NCBI GenBank assembly: GCA_964522405.1
Contig: CAZFTR010000005.1
Location: 7,747 to 71,746, forward strand
DNA: 64,000 nt
Source: an uncultured Gammaproteobacteria bacterium
Lineage (GTDB): Bacteria > Patescibacteriota > Patescibacteriia > Magasanikbacterales > UBA922
Direction of reading: 5' to 3'
The notes below the pieces were generated by a model that saw only the letters and a list, made by a program, of their open reading frames with translations, ran no database searches and had not been told where the DNA came from. The position numbers were made by a program, and so were the translations under genes. The stretch's first letter is position 1. Each line of letters begins with the position of its first letter. This document shows, one piece after another, positions 28,761-38,222 of the stretch.

Positions 28761-30551
28761 TTACCTCTTTAACACCGCCAAATAAGCCTCAGTTGGAATA
28801 TCAACCTTACCTTTTCCCATAGCCATCATTTTCTTTTTTCCTTTTTTCTGTTTTTCTAGGAGTTTTCGTTTTCGAGTTACATCACCACCATACAGTTTTG
28901 CTGTAACATCTTTTCGAAGAGCTGAAAGTCTTTCTCCGGCAATAATTTTTCCGCCAATTGCAGCTTGAATTTTGATCACAAATTGCTGTTTTGGTAATGT
29001 TTCTTTAAGAGATTTTACAATTTTCTTTCCGGTTGCAAATGATTGATCTCTCCAAACTAGACTTGAAAGCGCTTCTACCGGTTCTTCTGAAACAAGTATA
29101 TCCATTTTCACTACATCAGCTTTTAGGTATTCTTTGAATTCATAGTTTAAAGATCCATAACCGCTGGTCACAGTTTTTAGTTTATCATAAAAATCTGTTA
29201 TTAGCGAAGCAAGAGGCATTTCATAGTGGAGCATGGCGCGCTGGTCTGATCCTGCGCTTAAATACTCAGTTGTCAGGTATTTTCCTTTTCTTTCAGAGAC
29301 AAGTCCCATGACATTTCCAATATAATCTTGGGGTACAATTATGTCTACTGTCATCCAGGGTTCTTCGATATGATCAATTTGCTGAACTTCCGGGAGCTCT
29401 TGCGGGCTTTTGATAGTCAGTTCTTCTCCATTGGTTTTAAAAATATGATAAGCAACACTTGGAACTGTGGCAATGATATGAAGTCCAAATTCTCGCCAAA
29501 GACGCTCCTGGAAAATTTCCAGATGAAGCATTCCCAAGAACCCACACCTGAAACCAAATCCAAGCGCTTGTGAGTGTTCCGGTTCATAACTTAGGGCAGA
29601 GTCACTTAATTTTAGTCGATCCATTGCCTCGCGAAGCGCTGAATAATCATCTCCTTCTTGAGGAAAAATTCCAGCAAAAACCATGGGTTTTACTTCTTTG
29701 TATCCTGGAAGTGCTTCTTCTGCGCGATCTTTTTCAAGTGTAACCGTGTCACCAACCCGAACATTTCCCAACTCTTTTAATCCTGTAACTATATATCCAA
29801 TTTGTCCGTTTTCAAGGATCGTATCGGCAACTAGGGCAGGTGAGTAGTGCCCGGTTTCTAGGATTTCAACCGATGTTTTTGATCCCATGAAATATACCTT
29901 ATCTCCTTTTTTGAGTTCTCCGTCTTGCATACGAACTGAAGCAATAACTCCACGATAATCATCATAAAAAGAATCAAAAATCATTGCTCGAGGTTTGGCA
30001 GCATCAATTTTCTCTGGGGCAGGAACTTGTTCAATAACTGCCTCAAGAATTTGCTCCACACCTTCTCCTGTTTTTCCGGAAGCGTGGAGTATTTCTTCTT
30101 TTTTGCATCCAAGCAGGTGAATTAGTTCTGCACTGGCTTTTTCAACGTCAGCATTAGGAAGATCAATTTTGTTTAAAACAGGGATAATTTTAAGGTCTTG
30201 TTCTAGAGCCAGATAGAGATTGGCGATAGTTTGCGCTTGTACTCCCTGGCTAGCGTCAACTAGAAGAATTGCTCCTTCTACTGCAGCAAGTGACCTAGAA
30301 ACTTCGTATGTAAAATCTACATGGCCCGGAGTATCGATCAGGTTCATGGTATAGCCTTTGTAATTCATGCGAACGGGCTGGAGTTTGATGGTGATTCCGC
30401 GTTCTTGCTCCAGTTCCATGGTGTCGAGAAGTTGATCTTTCATTTTTCGTTCATCTATTGTCCCTGTAACCTCAAGAAATCTATCTGCTAAGGTAGATTT
30501 TCCATGGTCTATATGTGCGATTATACAGAAATTTCGGATCTGTTGGTTCAT
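28761..30551 (-). CDS. lepA: Elongation factor 4
   Basis: IRNFCIIAHIDHGKSTLADR, ERGITIK, DTPGHVDF, GGDVTRKRKLLEKQK. Confidence 0.98.
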   Translation of the reverse strand: MNQQIRNFCIIAHIDHGKSTLADRFLEVTGTIDERKMKDQLLDTMELEQERGITIKLQPVRMNYKGYTMNLIDTPGHVDFTYEVSRSLAAVEGAILLVDASQGVQAQTIANLYLALEQDLKIIPVLNKIDLPNADVEKASAELIHLLGCKKEEILHASGKTGEGVEQILEAVIEQVPAPEKIDAAKPRAMIFDSFYDDYRGVIASVRMQDGELKKGDKVYFMGSKTSVEILETGHYSPALVADTILENGQIGYIVTGLKELGNVRVGDTVTLEKDRAEEALPGYKEVKPMVFAGIFPQEGDDYSALREAMDRLKLSDSALSYEPEHSQALGFGFRCGFLGMLHLEIFQERLWREFGLHIIATVPSVAYHIFKTNGEELTIKSPQELPEVQQIDHIEEPWMTVDIIVPQDYIGNVMGLVSERKGKYLTTEYLSAGSDQRAMLHYEMPLASLITDFYDKLKTVTSGYGSLNYEFKEYLKADVVKMDILVSEEPVEALSSLVWRDQSFATGKKIVKSLKETLPKQQFVIKIQAAIGGKIIAGERLSALRKDVTAKLYGGDVTRKRKLLEKQKKGKKKMMAMGKGKVDIPTEAYLAVLKR

Positions 30552-30689
30552 AAGTTTTATTGAATTCTGGGTTATTTTATCTATTTTTAGATAAAAAATC
30601 AAGTCTTGGCAACTTGCTACTTTGATTGCTCTTAGAGAGTGATTTGAGATACATTAGTATTTACAGATAAATTTCTAATATTATCTATT

Positions 30690-31412
30690 TTAGATAGGAA
30701 ATAATAAAAATTTCAATCCTGCCAACAAAAGAAACAATGCTACTATTGTTCGAAATTTTTGCTGAGGAATGCGGTCGCTTAGTTTTTTGGCAACTCCGGC
30801 TCCTGCAAATGACATGGGAATAAACAACAAAAATCCCCAGAGAAATTGCTGTTCAAGCGTAACATTGTTGTATATATACGTGGCTATGCGTGTGGAATCT
30901 ATAAATAATGCTATTGCTCCCATGGCTGAGATATAAACAGCCTTGGGCAGGTCAAAAGCTGACAAAAAAACTCCTCTTATAGCTCCACCAACACCAAATA
31001 TTCCGGCAAAGAATCCGGATAATCCACCTCCACTTATTGCCGTTGCCGTGTTTCTGGGTATTTTGAATTTTGGTTTTAAAAAAAGGAAAACAACATAAGC
31101 AAGTAAAAAAATTCCTAAGATTTGTGAGAGGAGTTTTTCAGAGACAGTAAATACTATACTTGCCCCCAAATAACTGGCAAGAATACCTGCAATTCCAAAT
31201 TTAAGTACAAGTTCCCATCTGAAGCCTTTTCTAAAAAATAATATTTTCCAAATATCACTAAACCAGTGGATAATCCCAACTAGTAACAGAGTTTGAGGGA
31301 GAGGTAAAGACAATAAAAGAAGCGGTATCATAATTGTTGATGTGCCAAAACCGGTAAGTGTACCAACGCCACCGGCAAAGAATGTTAATAGGGCGATATA
31401 GATTATTTCCAT
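30690..31412 (-). CDS. TauE/SafE family transporter
   Basis: GTLTGFG and GIFGVGG repeats, about 8 TMs. Confidence 0.85.
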   Translation of the reverse strand: MEIIYIALLTFFAGGVGTLTGFGTSTIMIPLLLLSLPLPQTLLLVGIIHWFSDIWKILFFRKGFRWELVLKFGIAGILASYLGASIVFTVSEKLLSQILGIFLLAYVVFLFLKPKFKIPRNTATAISGGGLSGFFAGIFGVGGAIRGVFLSAFDLPKAVYISAMGAIALFIDSTRIATYIYNNVTLEQQFLWGFLLFIPMSFAGAGVAKKLSDRIPQQKFRTIVALFLLLAGLKFLLFPI

Positions 31413-31425
31413 ATTTTTAATTATT

Positions 31426-32109
31426 TTAAGATTTTTTTTCAGCCCTTATTCGAATCCCGGCTCCCCAAAATTTATCAAGAAGAAATCCAAGCGGTAAGGT
31501 AAAAATCCAAATTGGAAAAAGATACTTAAGTTTGGTTTGAAAAAGATTTGGACGAAATAATTGATAAAATAAAGTAAGTGGAAGTGGTAGAATCTGTTCA
31601 TAATATGTATTTCTCAAACACTTGGCATTTCTTTTGAAAAGAGACTTTAATTCAAAATAAAGTGCTGCATTATGTCTTTCAGTTGAAATATTTTTAAATC
31701 CTGCTTTTTGCAGTCCTTTTTTTATTTCTGATCCATTGAAAAAGTCTATATGACCAATTTCTAGCCAATAATTTGGTCTGAGCTTTAGTAGTTTTTCTTC
31801 GGATTTAAAATAGGGGACAGTAATATATAGTTTTGTGCCAGAAGTTAAGTTTTCCAAATTTGAAATCACTTCTTGCCAATTTTCAATATGCTCCAGAACT
31901 TCGGTACAAATCACTTTTTTTATATTTGAAAATTTACTAAAATCTGTTTTTGAAATATCTCCAATCTCAAAACTTCCATTGGGCATTTTTTCTTGGCAGA
32001 TTTTGATATTTTCTGGATCAAGATCAATTCCAACTACATTGAATTTTCCATAAAATTTTAGAAGTTCATTTCCTGTTCCACATCCAAGATCTAAAATAGT
32101 ATTTTTCAT
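31426..32109 (-). CDS. Class I SAM-dependent methyltransferase
   Basis: ILDLGCGTG motif I, VICTEVLEHI, YITVP. Confidence 0.9.
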   Translation of the reverse strand: MKNTILDLGCGTGNELLKFYGKFNVVGIDLDPENIKICQEKMPNGSFEIGDISKTDFSKFSNIKKVICTEVLEHIENWQEVISNLENLTSGTKLYITVPYFKSEEKLLKLRPNYWLEIGHIDFFNGSEIKKGLQKAGFKNISTERHNAALYFELKSLFKRNAKCLRNTYYEQILPLPLTLFYQLFRPNLFQTKLKYLFPIWIFTLPLGFLLDKFWGAGIRIRAEKKS

Positions 32110-32225
32110 AGTATGTTTTCTATAGGTTTCTACGATATTTGTGCATTTTTCTAACATTTTACTTAACGAGAGAATCTATTGATATAGTACACGAATTTAC
32201 AAGCTGTCAACAATTTGCAAACAAT

Positions 32226-32320
32226 CGTCATTCCGAACCAGTGTAACTGGTGAGGAATCCCTTGTTTAATTTGGTCGTTTATCTTTCTGAAAGGGATCCC
32301 TCGCGATACTCGGGATGACG
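32226..32320. repeat. REP-like palindrome, copy 3
   Basis: cgtcattccga/tcgggatgacg termini, inner ggaatccctt/aagggatccc. Confidence 0.75.
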
Positions 32321-32351
32321 GCTCTGCCTACTATCATCTATTTACTGTAAA

Positions 32352-33953
32352 CTATGTTTTTATGTGAGAATCTGACCCAACAAAACGCAACCATCTTCTT
32401 CTCAGACTTTTTTGGAATAATTGCATTTCTTCAACTCTAAGTAGGTGAGTGAGAGCGCCATAAACTAAAAGACCTATGGTTCCGGCTATAAATCCTTGAA
32501 TCAAAATTCCCCAAAATCTGGTCATATCTACAATTTGGGCAAGTGGAATTTTTGCATATTGCACGATCACTGCCATAACCATAGCGCTAATTGAAATTTT
32601 ATATAAACTGTTTAACATTTGATATTCATTGAGAGTTCCAATTTTCCTGCGCAAAAACAACCACATCACTGCAAACTGAACTGTCATAGATATTGAAAAA
32701 GCAAAAGCAAGCCCTTGTACTCCGTAAATATCTTTTAGATAAAGACTTAAGAAAAGATTTAATATCACAGCTCCAAGACTGACTAAAAATGGTGTCCAAG
32801 TGTCATGAATTGCGTAAAATGCTCTGGCTAGAACCAGTATCAAACACTGTGCAAAGAGTGATAGTACAAAAAAAGCAAGAGTGTCAGCAGTCAGAATAGT
32901 TGCTTCCCATCCAAATTGACCAGAGCCGAGGACTACACGAACTATCTGCGCGCGAAGTAATAGAAAAACCACAGTAACCGGAACAATAAAAAAAACTATT
33001 TGTCGAATAGTTAGTGATAGGTTTGCTACCAGTTCTTTGTATTTGTTTTCTGCAGCCAGTTTTGCCAGAGTTGGAAAAGCAGCAATGGCAAATGAATGTC
33101 CAATTAGTCCCACTGCAAAGTACTGAAGATTATTTGCAAAATTAAATACGGCAATACTTCCAACAGCCATGGTTGAGGCAATTACAGTTATAATTAACAT
33201 ATTCATTTGAACCGTTGCCAGTCCAAGTGTTCTCGGTATAATCAATTTCCCAATTTTTCTAACCAGTGGATCTTTCCATTGAGTAATGAGTTGGTATTTA
33301 AATCCATAATGTCGGATGGCAGGGATTTGAATAGACACATGAAGCATTGCGCCAAGTACAACACCCCAAGCCAGACCGGAAATTCCCAGGATTGGAACTA
33401 GAAATACTGCACCGGTAATAATTCCAAAATTATATAGAATTGGACTTATGGCAAAAACAACAAAGTTTTTGAAGGAATGAAGAACGCTGCTGATAACACT
33501 GCTTACAGAGAGTAGTATTGGACTTAAAAACATTATCCGTGTAAGTGTGATAGTTGTTTGTAGTTTCTCTCCGGAAAATCCCGGAACTACAAATTTCATT
33601 AGCTGAGGTGTAAAGATGAAGAGAGCCGTACAAACCAGGATAAAACTAATTAATATTATATTTAAAACGCTACTGGTTACTTCCCAGGCTTTTTTCTTGT
33701 TTTGATGATAAATTTTTAAAAATACAGGTATAAAGCCGGCTGAAAGAGCTCCGGCAATAAGTAAATTAAAAACCAGATCAGGAATACGAAATGCTGCATA
33801 GTATGCATCCAGGATTTCTCCTGCGCCAAAATGGTGGGCAAAAATTCTATCGCGAATAACTCCGACTATACGACTAAGAAAAGACGCCGCCCCTAGAATT
33901 ATGGCAGCGCCTGTTATGGTTTTTGATTGTGATGAAAAAAGACGTTTGATCAT
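32352..33953 (-). CDS. murJ: Lipid II flippase MurJ
   Basis: SRIVGVIRD, DAYYAAFRIPD, GALSAGFIP, RAFYAIHDTWTP. Confidence 0.95.
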   Translation of the reverse strand: MIKRLFSSQSKTITGAAIILGAASFLSRIVGVIRDRIFAHHFGAGEILDAYYAAFRIPDLVFNLLIAGALSAGFIPVFLKIYHQNKKKAWEVTSSVLNIILISFILVCTALFIFTPQLMKFVVPGFSGEKLQTTITLTRIMFLSPILLSVSSVISSVLHSFKNFVVFAISPILYNFGIITGAVFLVPILGISGLAWGVVLGAMLHVSIQIPAIRHYGFKYQLITQWKDPLVRKIGKLIIPRTLGLATVQMNMLIITVIASTMAVGSIAVFNFANNLQYFAVGLIGHSFAIAAFPTLAKLAAENKYKELVANLSLTIRQIVFFIVPVTVVFLLLRAQIVRVVLGSGQFGWEATILTADTLAFFVLSLFAQCLILVLARAFYAIHDTWTPFLVSLGAVILNLFLSLYLKDIYGVQGLAFAFSISMTVQFAVMWLFLRRKIGTLNEYQMLNSLYKISISAMVMAVIVQYAKIPLAQIVDMTRFWGILIQGFIAGTIGLLVYGALTHLLRVEEMQLFQKSLRRRWLRFVGSDSHIKT

Positions 33954-33962
33954 TTTTTGGTA

Positions 33963-34081
33963 TTCAATTTGTGTAAGTATATATTATAAAATGAAACGTT
34001 AGGCGATCAATTTAATTTGATGGTTAAATTATTTCCATAGAGCCCGGTTGAGTTTTATAATATATACTTACACAAATTGAA
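33963..34081 (+). repeat. Divergent relative of the conserved-core palindromic element
   Basis: 29-bp perfect arms containing TTTGT/ACAAA; loop begins ATGAAAC and has AGGC...AGAGCC like copy 1. Confidence 0.6.
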
Positions 34082-34092
34082 CTGGCTATATA

Positions 34093-35013
34093 TTACAACC
34101 ATTTTCTTTTTTTCAAGATCCAAATCGTAGAAAGAATAAGCGCTAAAAGTCCGATAAAAAATCCCCAAATCCAAGTAGGATTATTGGCAAATGGTAGTCC
34201 GGCAACATTCATACCGTAAATTCCGGATAGTAAAGTAAGAGGAAGCAATGAAACAGAAATAACAGTCAGAATACTAATCACCTTGGTAGTTTTTTGGTTG
34301 ATAATTGATTCAACAGTTAAGTGAAGTCCGCCAATTGTTTCTTTGTAAGTTTCTACTATGGCCCAAAGTTTGTCCAGGTAATCACGAATATTATCAAAAT
34401 AAATTGACAAGCTTTCGTCCATAAAGCTTTTGCGGGTATGAGAAAGATTAGACATTAAATATCTCTGCGGATCAATTATTCTTCTGAAATTCAAAACATT
34501 TCTTCTGTGAAATGCCAGTTGTTTAATTACATCATTGTCTGGTTCATCTTCAAAAATTTCATTTTCAACCGCAGAAATTTGCTTGCCAAAATTATTTAAA
34601 ATCGGTCTGGTCTCATGGAAAAATGCTTCTAAAAGTTTATATAATAAAAACCCTGAATTTTTACTCATCCAATCCTGTTTGATTTTCTTATTATTCATAC
34701 ATCGGTAAAAGAAATTTTTCATTTCTTTGCTTTTGTGATGTTGGATTGTGATTAGAAAGTTTTCCCCAACAAATATATCAACTTCCTGAGATTTTATTTG
34801 TTGGCTGCCCCCATGCCATCTTGGAGCATCTAATACCAAGAAAAGATAGTCTTCATAAACATCTATTTTAGGAGTTTGGCCTTCACTTTGAATGTCTTCA
34901 AGATCAAGTTGATGAAATTTATAGTTTTTTTTCAGGTAATCAATGGCTGAATCATCAGTCTTATCAATATTTATCCAAACTAATTTGTCTTTTTTTATTT
35001 CTTTTATAGCCAT
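34093..35013 (-). CDS. corA: CorA family magnesium transporter
   Basis: PLTLLSGIYGMN signature, two C-terminal TMs. Confidence 0.93.
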   Translation of the reverse strand: MAIKEIKKDKLVWINIDKTDDSAIDYLKKNYKFHQLDLEDIQSEGQTPKIDVYEDYLFLVLDAPRWHGGSQQIKSQEVDIFVGENFLITIQHHKSKEMKNFFYRCMNNKKIKQDWMSKNSGFLLYKLLEAFFHETRPILNNFGKQISAVENEIFEDEPDNDVIKQLAFHRRNVLNFRRIIDPQRYLMSNLSHTRKSFMDESLSIYFDNIRDYLDKLWAIVETYKETIGGLHLTVESIINQKTTKVISILTVISVSLLPLTLLSGIYGMNVAGLPFANNPTWIWGFFIGLLALILSTIWILKKRKWL

Positions 35014-35037
35014 ATTTGAATAATTAAGCCTAAAATT

Positions 35038-35739
35038 TTATTTTTCTTCTTGGTTTTTTTCTAAATCAACTGTAACTGTTACAGCAACCAGATCAGTTTC
35101 AACTGTGTCTTTTTTGTCTCTTATATATACCAAACCATCAATTGTGTCAAGACTGAAAGTGAATTGACTTACAGTGTCTGTCTTACTGACCAACCCTATA
35201 TCAAAGCCTTTTTTCTCTAGTTCGCTCATATAGTATTCTTCAATAAAATCAGCTTTTGAGCTAAGTAATGTCCACTCAATCTTATAAACATCTCGGTGAT
35301 CTGCAACCGGAGCTTTCATAAAAGCAATTAACTTTTTCCAGGCAGTTTTCAAAGTGCCGGCATCTGAGTCTTCATCTTCCAATTCAGGTATAAAAGAATT
35401 GTCTTTGTCTATGGCAACCAAAACAGGAGATATGAACAATTTAGGCAAAAATGCTGCATATTCTGCGCCTTTGTTTCTTTCTTGTCCTATAGTAATTTCA
35501 ATTTTTTCAATTCCTTTTTCATTGTAGAGCGGCACTGTATCTGTAAAATTATCCGGCAGATCTTTTATTTCTCTGGTTTGTGGTCCAAGTGTAAATTTGA
35601 GGAGTATTAGCGAGATGACAATTATAATGGTTACGCATCCAAGTCCGGTAAAACAGCTTCTTCTAAGGCAGGAACGCTTTCTTGTTAATTCTTCAAGAGG
35701 GGGTTCTTTAATTTCTATCTTGTCTATTTTGCTGCGCAT
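35038..35739 (-). CDS. Membrane-anchored hypothetical protein
   Basis: Cys-containing juxtamembrane region then a single TM. Confidence 0.7.
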   Translation of the reverse strand: MRSKIDKIEIKEPPLEELTRKRSCLRRSCFTGLGCVTIIIVISLILLKFTLGPQTREIKDLPDNFTDTVPLYNEKGIEKIEITIGQERNKGAEYAAFLPKLFISPVLVAIDKDNSFIPELEDEDSDAGTLKTAWKKLIAFMKAPVADHRDVYKIEWTLLSSKADFIEEYYMSELEKKGFDIGLVSKTDTVSQFTFSLDTIDGLVYIRDKKDTVETDLVAVTVTVDLEKNQEEK

Positions 35740-35901
35740 AAATTAGCTTTTTTAAATTAGACTATAACTATAAGATAAAAAATCGTTGCACACGATTGGA
35801 GTTATTATATCAACAAAAGGGGAGCGTGTACAGGTTTGCTTTTAGTTTATATGGTATACTAATTTGCAGTAGATTTTTTAATTTAATTATGAGCTAAAAA
35901 T

Positions 35902-37254
35902 ATGAAAATAACATTTTACGGAGCAGCACATGAAGTAACAGGGTCATGTCATTTGGTAGAAACCAGTACCAAGAAAATTCTCTTTGATTGTGGAATGTTC
36001 CAAGGTTCAAATTTTAGTGAAGGACAGAATCACGAAGATTTTCCATTTGATCCCAGTGAGGTGGACATACTACTGGTTAGTCATGCGCATCTTGATCACA
36101 CCGGAAGAGTACCAAAATTGGTTAGAGATGGTTTCAATGGAAAAATATACATGACCAAAGCGACTTGTGAACTTGCCAGAATAATATGGGATGATGCCTA
36201 CAAAATCATGCAATACAACAAAAAGAAATTTGAACTGCCTATACTTTATGACACAACAGACATAGAAAGGTCAACAGAGCTTTGCCATGGTTTGGATTAT
36301 GAAGAAGAATTAGATCTCGGTGATGGTATAAAAGTAAAATTCAAAGATGCAGGACATATTTTTGGCGCAGCTTTTATAGAATTAACAGCAGATGGAAAAA
36401 CAATTGCCTATTCAGGAGATATAGGAAATGTAAATGTGCCCATCCTTCGGGAAACCACAGGATTGGGAGACATAGATGTTTTGCTATGTGAATCAACTTA
36501 TGGTGATAGGCTACATGAAACAGAAGAAGAAAGAAATAAAATTTTACTTGATCTTATAAAAGAAGGTTGTAAACGTGGCGGAACTATTATGATGCCGGCT
36601 TTTTCTATTGAAAGAACCCAAGAAATTTTATATAGGCTTGATGAGTTAAAAGAACATGACAAAACCTTGCCAGATATTCAGATATTTGTAGATAGTCCCA
36701 TGGCTATAAATGCCTTGCCGGTTTACAAGAAGTACACTGAATATTATGATGCTGAAGCAAAGGCAAAATTTGTAAAAGGAGATGATTTTTTCGATTTTGA
36801 AGGTCTTACTTTGACTCCAACTGTAAATGATTCTAAAAAAATAAATAATGTTAAGGGTGTAAAAATGGTTATGGCAGGAGCAGGAATGATGAATGGTGGA
36901 AGAATTCTTCACCATGCTTTGCGTTATTTGTCAGATCCCAAGTCAACTTTGATAATAGTTGGTTATCAGGCATATGGAACCTTGGGAAGAAGACTTTATG
37001 AAGGTGCCGAAAGAGTTACTGTGATGGGAAAACAAGTAGAAGTTAAATGCACTATCAAAGCTATTGGAGCACTTTCTGCTCATGGAGATCAGAAGAAATT
37101 AATGAATTGGATAAATGGTGCCAAAACCAAGCCAAAAAAAGTTTATTTTATTCACGGAGAGTCAAATTCAGCAACAGTAATAGCCCACAAAGTAAGAGAT
37201 GAGCTGGGAATTGATGCCTTTGTGCCTGAACTTGGGGAGAGTGCTGAGATATAA
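35902..37254 (+). CDS. MBL-fold beta-CASP ribonuclease
   Basis: DCGMFQG, SHAHLDH, AGHIFG, ESTYG, SAHGD, HGE. Confidence 0.93.
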   Translation: MKITFYGAAHEVTGSCHLVETSTKKILFDCGMFQGSNFSEGQNHEDFPFDPSEVDILLVSHAHLDHTGRVPKLVRDGFNGKIYMTKATCELARIIWDDAYKIMQYNKKKFELPILYDTTDIERSTELCHGLDYEEELDLGDGIKVKFKDAGHIFGAAFIELTADGKTIAYSGDIGNVNVPILRETTGLGDIDVLLCESTYGDRLHETEEERNKILLDLIKEGCKRGGTIMMPAFSIERTQEILYRLDELKEHDKTLPDIQIFVDSPMAINALPVYKKYTEYYDAEAKAKFVKGDDFFDFEGLTLTPTVNDSKKINNVKGVKMVMAGAGMMNGGRILHHALRYLSDPKSTLIIVGYQAYGTLGRRLYEGAERVTVMGKQVEVKCTIKAIGALSAHGDQKKLMNWINGAKTKPKKVYFIHGESNSATVIAHKVRDELGIDAFVPELGESAEI

Positions 37255-37279
37255 AAAACAAAAAACCGCTTTTTGCGGA

Positions 37280-37804
37280 TCGTATAATTTGGGGTAGGGT
37301 ACGGCCAGCGCGCTACCCGAGTCCGTTGCCTCTCTCTAGGCTCCGGTTTGGACTCGGGCAGCGCGCGGCCGCTAGTTGAAGCTCCAGAAGGAGCGGTGGG
37401 ATGCGCTATGGCACCGTGTTTACTTCGTGACAGTTCTTCGCACAAAGTCGACACAGGTTGCCGCAGACGCGACACTGGGTGGGGATCGTCGCGACCCCCT
37501 CTGGATCTCCAGGCCATTCGATTCGGCCTGGGAGCAGCGCGCTTAACCGGACTTCTCCCGGAATGATGGGCGCGACTGCTGTCTCATCACAGTCTTAAAG
37601 AGCAACACGAACCGTTGGCTTTGCAAGAGTCCTCAGTTCTTGCAATAACCTCACCTGGGCTAATCAGCCCGCACTTCCACCGCCTCGCGGTGGTTCTGGC
37701 AACCCACTTTGGGGTAGGCAACGCATGACGTCCACCGGGATTGCTGATCGTATTCGTTCACGACCTGCGGGTCAAAATTCCGGGTGGCGACCGTTGCTTC
37801 GAGG
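37280..37804 (-). ncRNA. Putative ~520-nt GC-rich structured ncRNA
   Basis: Dense hairpins (e.g. gcgcgctacccgagtcc/ggactcgggcagcgcgc, ccaggcc/ggcctgg, ccaccgc/gcggtgg); promoter TTGACA(37833-38)-N17-TATATT(37810-15) with extended TG. Confidence 0.6.
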
Positions 37805-37937
37805 TTTTGAATATAGCATAAAAAAAGCCTTTTGTCAACCCTGTCGCTCGCGAACGACAGGGTCAAGGCCCTAAGATTGAAATATAGAAAAATGAGAAAT
37901 ATCAAAATTTAGCTAAACTAAGCAAATTTTTGAAAAT

Positions 37938-38134
37938 AAAAATCCAGCTCTTGTTAAAAGCTGGATTTTGGTTTTAAGTGAAGTGTGCACGCCGGGATCA
38001 TGGATCCCGGCGTGCCCCCAGAGGCGGGGGTCTGGACAAGTGCCCGACCCACCAGTGCGGAGCAAGGGAGTTTGACCCAAAACGCATCTAAACTTTCACC
38101 GCAAATCGCGGTTCCAGAGTAGAAGAAGAGGATC
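37938..38134 (-). ncRNA. Putative ~190-nt GC-rich sRNA
   Basis: Promoter TTGTAA(38164-69)-N17-TATATT(38141-46); 13-bp perfect stem gcacgccgggatc/gatcccggcgtgc; terminator 37938-37969. Confidence 0.5.
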
Positions 38135-38222
38135 CTAAATAATATATCATTTTTTTGCTGTATTTACAATATTTTGCTAGTATTAAGTGGTGATATAAGT
38201 TTTTCTAAATTAGCAAAAATTT

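Noticed and set aside
37540-37565. GGGAGAAGTCCGG on the minus strand resembles the RNase P RNA GAGGAAAGTCC motif
   Set aside because: Imperfect match, and no ACAGAA...CGGCTTA 3' P4 partner was found
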